Source: a virus (lineage: Duplodnaviria; Caudoviricetes). Taken from it: a stretch of 30,107 bases of DNA. Position numbers and translations under genes: made by a program. Location: positions 1 to 30,107 of IMG/VR virus record IMGVR_UViG_3300032087_000761. The stretch is one strand, 5' to 3'. The notes below the pieces were generated by a model, which worked only from the letters and a program-made list of their open reading frames with translations, was not told where the DNA came from and did not search any database. This document shows positions 24,654-30,107 of this stretch, in pieces (the first letter of the stretch is position 1; every line of letters begins with the position of its first letter).

Positions 24654-24832
24654 TGGGCATGGGCGTCAAACATTACTCGAAGGACGGTAAAGAGCATAAA
24701 GGCGGTTACCACAAGATGCCTGATGGCTCGTTGCACTCCGGTAAGGCGCATACAAAATCTAGTAAGCCGCTGTTTCATTACGGCGACTTAACGCAAAAAG
24801 CCAAGCGCAAAGCGCGGGAGGGCTGGAAGTAA
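24653..24832 (+). CDS. Small basic His-rich protein (59 aa; not in ORF track)
   Basis: RBS GAGGAG, TAATG overlap; MGMGVKHYSKDGKEHKGGYHKMPDGSLHSGKAH... Confidence 0.75.
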   Translation: MGMGVKHYSKDGKEHKGGYHKMPDGSLHSGKAHTKSSKPLFHYGDLTQKAKRKAREGWK

Positions 24833-24894
24833 TGCCATACGATAAAGGTAAAAAGAAAAAAGGTAAAAAGCGAGGCAAGCCATATGCCAAGTAA
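24832..24894 (+). CDS. 20-aa Lys-rich peptide (not in ORF track)
   Basis: TAATG overlap, GGAGG upstream; MPYDKGKKKKGKKRGKPYAK. Confidence 0.55.
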   Translation: MPYDKGKKKKGKKRGKPYAK

Positions 24895-25042
24895 GCGAGG
24901 ATTGTATGCGAACATTCATGCTAAGCGTGAGCGCATTAAAGCAGGCTCTGGCGAGAAGATGCGAAAGCCTGGCGAAAAAGGCGCGCCTACAGCTAAACAG
25001 TTTAAGAAAGCGGCTAAAACAGCTAAAAAGAAGCGTAAGTAA
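24884..25042 (+). CDS. Small basic protein (52 aa; not in ORF track)
   Basis: RBS GAGG; MPSKRGLYANIHAKRERIKAGSGEKMRKPGEKGAPTAKQFKKAAKTAKKKRK; stop overlaps the next ATG. Confidence 0.75.
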   Translation: MPSKRGLYANIHAKRERIKAGSGEKMRKPGEKGAPTAKQFKKAAKTAKKKRK

Positions 25043-25665
25043 TGGCACTGACTAACTATTCTGAGCTGAAAAGCTCTATTGCTGACTTCCTAAACCGTGA
25101 CGATCTGACATCGGTTATCCCGACGTTTATCTCACTGGCAGAGGCTCAGTTTGCGCGTGATCTACGTCACTACAAGATGGAGAACCGGGCTACTGGGACT
25201 ATCGACAGTCAGTACATGACAAAGCCCAGTGATTGGCTTGAGACTATCCGCATACACCTAACAAGCAACAATACACGCGCGTTAGACCTTGTAGATGCTC
25301 AGACAATGGCTGATAAGCGTTCAGGCGCATTGGATACAGCGGGCATACCACGGTACTACCGGCACTCAGAGAATCAATTTGAGTTCTTCCCGTCACCTGA
25401 TGGGTCGTATGGTGTAGAGCTGTTGTACTACCAGCGTGTACCGGCATTGTCAGATTCAAACACTACCAACTGGTTACTCACTGAGGCACCAGATGTGTAT
25501 CTATATGGCTCATTGGTACATAGCGCGCCATATCTAGCTGATGACGCTCGAACAGCGGTATGGGCGCAAATCTTTGGTGCTGCTATGCAGCGTCTTAATC
25601 AATCATCCGATGAGGCCGTCCATTCTGGCGTTGGTCTCGTTATGAAAAACAGGGGACTTGGATGA
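25042..25665 (+). CDS. Head-tail adaptor protein
   Basis: MALTNYSELKSSIADFLNRDDLT, FFPSPD, TNWLLTEAPDVYLYGSL motifs of podoviral adaptors. Confidence 0.75.
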   Translation: MALTNYSELKSSIADFLNRDDLTSVIPTFISLAEAQFARDLRHYKMENRATGTIDSQYMTKPSDWLETIRIHLTSNNTRALDLVDAQTMADKRSGALDTAGIPRYYRHSENQFEFFPSPDGSYGVELLYYQRVPALSDSNTTNWLLTEAPDVYLYGSLVHSAPYLADDARTAVWAQIFGAAMQRLNQSSDEAVHSGVGLVMKNRGLG

Positions 25666-26042
25666 GCTTCACTAACTATCTAGAGACTGAGATTCTTGAT
25701 CACGTCTTTGGCGGTAACGCTTACACTGCGCCAAGCACTCATTATCTCGCACTATATACCGCAGCTCCCGGCGAGACCGGCGGCGGCACTGAGTGTACTG
25801 GCACAAGCTATGCGCGTGTTGCTGTTACCTTTACCGTATCGGGCAATGAGGCCACAAACAGCGCAGCCGTAGAATTCGCTACAGCCGGCAATAACTGGGG
25901 TACGATTACGCACGTAGGTGTGTTTGATGCGGCCAGTAGCGGCAACCTCATGGCCTATGGAACGCTTACAGCCAGTAAAACAGTAGAAACCGGCGATGTG
26001 TTTCGTGTCCCTGCTGGTGACTTAGACATCACCTTAGACTGA
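25662..26042 (+). CDS. Tail-associated structural protein
   Basis: YLALYTAAP, YARVAV, WGTITHVGVFDAASSGNL beta-rich pattern. Confidence 0.7.
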   Translation: MSFTNYLETEILDHVFGGNAYTAPSTHYLALYTAAPGETGGGTECTGTSYARVAVTFTVSGNEATNSAAVEFATAGNNWGTITHVGVFDAASSGNLMAYGTLTASKTVETGDVFRVPAGDLDITLD

Positions 26043-26680
26043 TGCTTTACGGACAGTGGAGATATGGCTATGCCGCTTACTCCACTGCGGACTTGGAGAA
26101 TGCCGCTAGTTTAGGCCCGGCGACATCTTCTACCGTAGTAGCTGGTCAGCGCGTCAGAGAGTCTTCTAGCGCAATTGCGGCCAGCTCTACTGCCTCATGC
26201 ACTGCCGGCGTTATACGTCAAGTAGAGAGCGTTATAGCGGCCTCTGCGACGACTTCTGGCTCAGGCGCACGCACTTTCAGCGTTAGCTCTTCTGTTAGTG
26301 CTACAGCTTCATTTGCCGTTTCTGGCGCTCGCACACGCAATGTAGCGTCAGACATCTCTGCAAGTGGTATAATCAGTGCGACAGGATCGCAAAAGCTAAA
26401 TGCAGGCTCTGCGATTGCAGGTATCGCCGCTGTCACTATAGTGGGCGCTGCAACTCGAAATGTAAGCTCTGCAATTGCCGGGGCATCGACTACCACGGGA
26501 TCAGGAATCATCCTGTGGATCGATCAACCGATTGATGCAGAGACATGGACTGATCAGCCTGAACCAGGCGGTGATTGGTCAAACGTAGTTATTAGCAGCG
26601 CGACTTGGACAGATACGACGGAAGATAGCGCTACATGGACAGATCAAACCATTACCGAAGAGATATGGGAGGCCGCTTAA
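26042..26680 (+). CDS. Ser/Ala-rich structural protein with WTD repeats
   Basis: About 20-aa S/A-rich repeats, then W at 10-aa spacing (WIDQ, WTDQ, WSNV, WTDT, WTDQ, WEAA). Confidence 0.65.
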   Translation: MLYGQWRYGYAAYSTADLENAASLGPATSSTVVAGQRVRESSSAIAASSTASCTAGVIRQVESVIAASATTSGSGARTFSVSSSVSATASFAVSGARTRNVASDISASGIISATGSQKLNAGSAIAGIAAVTIVGAATRNVSSAIAGASTTTGSGIILWIDQPIDAETWTDQPEPGGDWSNVVISSATWTDTTEDSATWTDQTITEEIWEAA

Positions 26681-29600
26681 ATGGCTGACACTACAACTAC
26701 CACCTACAGCCTGACTAAGCCCGAAGTAGGCGCATCGGAAGATACGTGGGGAACCAAATTAAACACTAACTTCGATACGATCGACGACTTGCTCGATGGT
26801 ACTACTGCGATCACCGGCATCGATATCAACTCAGGTACTATCGACGGTACTGTCATTGGTGGCACTACTCCTGCCGCTGTCTCTGCTACTACTGTTTCTG
26901 CTACAGGCAACATTACTGTAGGCGGTACTGTAGACGGACGTGACGTTGCTACTGATGGCACTAAACTAGACGGTATCGAAGCCTTAGCAGACGTAACGGA
27001 CACAACTAATGTTACTGCCGCTGGTGCTTTGATGGACAGTGAGTTGACTAACATTACTGCTGTCAAGGCTTTGGATCAAGGCGTAGCTACTACTGACTCA
27101 CCTACCTTTGCCGCTGTTACTGTCAACGGTAACGTAGAGTTTGACGGCCTGTCAGGCACAGGCGCTGTCACAGTTACAGACATCCTTGACCAAGACGACA
27201 TGTCTAGCAACAGTGCGACTGCATTGGCTACTCAGCAGTCGATCAAGGCGTATGTCGATTCTCAGGTAGGTACAGTAGACACACTGGCTGAGGTTCTTGC
27301 TAACGGTAATACCACTGGCGGTACAGATATTTTATTCGGTGACAATGATAAAGCTATCTTTGGTGCTGGCTCTGACCTACAGATTTATCACGATGTTTCT
27401 TTGGGTCAATCTCGTATTCAAGACGTAGGTACTGGTTCACTTTACCTTCAAGGTGATGGTGGAGTAGTAATAACGAACTCAGCCGGAACTTCTACGTCGG
27501 CCACTTTTGCTTCGACTGGGGCAACTAGCCTTAGTTTTAATGGTGCAACTAAGTTTGCCACAACCTCATCAGGCATCGACGTAACGGGCAGTATTTCTGC
27601 TGATGGTTTAGGTGTTGGTGACAATGCTTCTATTACTTTAGGAGCTAGTTCTGACTTACGCCTAAAACACACTGGCTCTGAGTCTTTTATTGCAGACGAA
27701 GGTGCAGGAAATCTTAACCTTGTTAGTAATGCCGCCGCTGTTACTTTGGGAATAGGTACTATTGCGTCTAGCAGTACAATTCTTTCTGCAACCTCCACAG
27801 GCATCGACGTAACCGGCACAGTGACTGCTGATGCTTTGACTGTTAGCAACTCAAGCGGTGCTACGCTAAACATAAACACCGCTGGTGGCGCAACAGACGC
27901 TAAAATCCTTTTGCATGAGACTGCGACAGCTACATCTGAATATGGTGCAAGCCTTAAATATTCAGGTGCATTTAATCGGTTTGAAATTGGTGTTGGTCAA
28001 GACCCAGAAACCAAAAGATTGTCTATTGACAGAGATACAGGCGACATTAGTTTCTATGAGGATACGGGGAGTACTGCGAAGTTTCACTGGGATGCCGCTG
28101 ATGAACGGTTGGGTATTGGCACTAGCACTCCATCGTCACAGCTACACTTGTCAAACGCTGGCGGGACTACTATTAAGTTAGGCACATCGTTAAACACCTC
28201 GGAGATTGAGGCTCGTGAAAGCGGAGGTGCTAACCTTTTAGTTCTTAGTTCTAATAACTCTGCTGACCATATGGTCATTAACGGTAACGGCAACGTCGGT
28301 GTTGGCACTAGTAGTCCGTCTACGAAGCTTCACGTCAATACAGGAGCGGCAGGTTACGGCTTAACTATAGCGGCTAATACCCAGACAAGTCTAACGTATC
28401 AAATGGGAATAGACTCTAGCAGTAACTTTGCTATTTATGATTCCTTTGCGGCTAGTCAGCGTATGGTCATTGATACTAGCGGCAACGTAGGTATCGGTAC
28501 AAGCAGTCCAGACACCCTGCTGAATCTTGCGGGTGATGAAACTGCCGTTATAAGACTTGAAAACACTAATGGCTCTGCTTCTGATGGTGATGTAATCGGT
28601 GCTTTGCAATTTTATAAAGCAGACGGCTCTGGCGCAGGCGCAGGAGTTGTTGGGCAGATTAAAATGCTTACGCAAGGTGTTGGCTCAGGCGGACACTTAA
28701 CTTTAAGTACAGGAGATTCAAGCGGTAATGATGTCGAGCGTATGCGCATTACCTCAAACGGCAACGTCGGCATCGGCACCGGCACCAGCAGTCCAGCTAC
28801 ACAAACACATATCCAAGGAAGCAATGCTGTTACTGCAAGCGCAGGTCTTTTGTACATAACGGCAAACTCAGCGGCTCAAAACAACGGCGGTCAAATAAGC
28901 CTAGGAACTAGTTCTGCAAGACACGCGGCAATTGCAGGAAGGCAAGAGTCTACAGGCGGCTCTGCGGGCTATTTACAACTTAGCACCAGAGGAAGCTCAG
29001 GTGATATTACTGAACGCCTGCGCATCGACTCCAGCGGCAACTTGCTGGTTAATCGTACAGGTACGTCAGGACTTGGAAAACTAAATGTTGAAGGCGGTGC
29101 AGATTTCACAGGAGGCGATGTTTATCTGTGTCGTGATTCTGGCAACGTGCTGGTTGGTACTACTTCTGAATCAACATGGGAAACAGCCAAAGGATTTAGA
29201 GCAAGAAATTCAGGCTCCACGACTATAACTCGTGACGGTAATCCGCCTTTGTATGTCAACAGGCTTAACTCAGACGGGACGCTTTTGCAGTTCCAAAAAG
29301 GGACGGCTGTCGTCGGTAGTATTGGTGTTAACAACGGAACTAACTTTTACATAGGCGCTCAAGGACAAACTGGCTTAAAGTTTGGTAGTACAGATATTGT
29401 TCCAGCAGATTCAAATAATAGTGGCGCATCTAGTGATGCTGATATGAATCTGGGTAACTCTAGTACACGCTTCAAAGACCTCTACCTGTCAGGCGGTGTG
29501 TACCTCGGCGGCACAGGTTCAGCCAACCATCTGGATGACTATGAAGAAGGGACGTGGAGTCCTGTTTATGCACCCGCTTCAGGCGCTTTCGCTTCTATAA

Positions 29601-29950
29601 CAATGGATGATCAAGAGTGTGCCTACGTAAAAATCGGTAGTTTAGTATCTGTATCGGGGATTATCAGAACGGATGCCGTTGACATAACCGGCGGCTCTGG
29701 GCTTCTTCGCATAACAGGATTACCTTTCACCGCTACAAGGTGGTCAGCCGCAAATATAGGGCGCATAACGGGATTTGCAGGTCAAACTCCGTTAACCGGA
29801 TATGTAGGTGGAAATTCATCTTTTGTTATTTTGTATTACAGAACTGCCGTGGATGGTCCAACAATAGGTTCAGACGTAACTGATTTAACGACTGGAACAA
29901 ACGACAATGCAAACTATATGTTTTTCCAGTGCACTTATAGCACTCAATAA
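26681..29950 (+). CDS. Tail fibre protein
   Basis: N-terminal [18 protein letters not shown] anchor; repeated (ERMRI)[13 protein letters not shown] modules; C-terminal [11 protein letters not shown]...GLPF domain. Confidence 0.9.
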   Translation: MADTTTTTYSLTKPEVGASEDTWGTKLNTNFDTIDDLLDGTTAITGIDINSGTIDGTVIGGTTPAAVSATTVSATGNITVGGTVDGRDVATDGTKLDGIEALADVTDTTNVTAAGALMDSELTNITAVKALDQGVATTDSPTFAAVTVNGNVEFDGLSGTGAVTVTDILDQDDMSSNSATALATQQSIKAYVDSQVGTVDTLAEVLANGNTTGGTDILFGDNDKAIFGAGSDLQIYHDVSLGQSRIQDVGTGSLYLQGDGGVVITNSAGTSTSATFASTGATSLSFNGATKFATTSSGIDVTGSISADGLGVGDNASITLGASSDLRLKHTGSESFIADEGAGNLNLVSNAAAVTLGIGTIASSSTILSATSTGIDVTGTVTADALTVSNSSGATLNINTAGGATDAKILLHETATATSEYGASLKYSGAFNRFEIGVGQDPETKRLSIDRDTGDISFYEDTGSTAKFHWDAADERLGIGTSTPSSQLHLSNAGGTTIKLGTSLNTSEIEARESGGANLLVLSSNNSADHMVINGNGNVGVGTSSPSTKLHVNTGAAGYGLTIAANTQTSLTYQMGIDSSSNFAIYDSFAASQRMVIDTSGNVGIGTSSPDTLLNLAGDETAVIRLENTNGSASDGDVIGALQFYKADGSGAGAGVVGQIKMLTQGVGSGGHLTLSTGDSSGNDVERMRITSNGNVGIGTGTSSPATQTHIQGSNAVTASAGLLYITANSAAQNNGGQISLGTSSARHAAIAGRQESTGGSAGYLQLSTRGSSGDITERLRIDSSGNLLVNRTGTSGLGKLNVEGGADFTGGDVYLCRDSGNVLVGTTSESTWETAKGFRARNSGSTTITRDGNPPLYVNRLNSDGTLLQFQKGTAVVGSIGVNNGTNFYIGAQGQTGLKFGSTDIVPADSNNSGASSDADMNLGNSSTRFKDLYLSGGVYLGGTGSANHLDDYEEGTWSPVYAPASGAFASITMDDQECAYVKIGSLVSVSGIIRTDAVDITGGSGLLRITGLPFTATRWSAANIGRITGFAGQTPLTGYVGGNSSFVILYYRTAVDGPTIGSDVTDLTTGTNDNANYMFFQCTYSTQ

Positions 29951-29953
29951 TTA

Positions 29954-29986
29954 TCTCAAGTGGATTCTTGAGACGGACTAAAGGAG
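29954..29986 (+). promoter_or_regulatory. Leader hairpin with three GGA motifs
   Basis: TCTCAAG-TGGATT-CTTGAGA, then ACGGA and AAGGAG (the RBS); no U-tract. Confidence 0.4.
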
Positions 29987-29993
29987 AAAGACA

Positions 29994-30107
29994 ATGGCAT
30001 TAACTAAAGCAGTGGTAGCAGACAAAGTAGAAGTAGTCACAGGACAAGACGAGGACGGCAACGACGTAACCTCTGTTCAAGTACGGACTGCTACTAAGGT
30101 ACTCGAA
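29994..30107 (+). CDS. Tail-fibre-associated protein (3'-truncated)
   Basis: RBS AAGGAG; MALTKAVVADKVEVV...VQVRTATKVLE, open to the window end. Confidence 0.7.
   Translation, partial: MALTKAVVADKVEVVTGQDEDGNDVTSVQVRTATKVLE

Noticed and set aside
320-29334. Minus-strand ORFs in the track (e.g. 6328-6783, 12413-12835, 14293-14757, 22849-23337, 27448-27879)
   Set aside because: Antisense shadows of well-supported + strand genes, with no recognisable motifs.
29954-29973. Hairpin after the tail fibre as a terminator
   Set aside because: No U-tract, and it runs directly into the next RBS.

Overview
About 30 kb of a tailed dsDNA bacteriophage genome, podovirus-like in its head and ejection genes and resembling uncultured marine proteobacterial phages. 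Essentially every credible gene is on the + strand, most with overlapping stop/start codons. Order: a 5'-truncated FDP-repeat protein and putative ejection (internal virion) proteins (1-6100); portal, scaffold and major capsid (6100-10353); three predicted exported/membrane proteins (10855-12806); holin(s) and a GH24 endolysin (12799-13930); an operator-flanked early promoter; recombination/replication genes (SSAP, SSB, two HTH proteins, a putative origin with a structured non-coding region, a stand-alone initiator C-terminal domain, NinB, a metallophosphoesterase, NinG); a C5 DNA methyltransferase whose missing motif IX is encoded by a fully nested +1-frame gene; TerS/TerL; an ART-PolyVal-like protein; four tiny very basic proteins; adaptor and tail-fibre genes. 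No integrase, divergent CI repressor, polymerase, primase, helicase, reverse transcriptase, tRNA or CRISPR array is visible. The most notable items are (i) the 15660-16682 cassette (split initiator, iterons, putative antisense RNA, structured RNA), (ii) the overprinted two-subunit methyltransferase, (iii) a 17-bp operator shared by three promoter regions, and (iv) the codon-diverged 18/22-aa repeat protein. All family assignments come from recognising motifs by eye, not from database searches.
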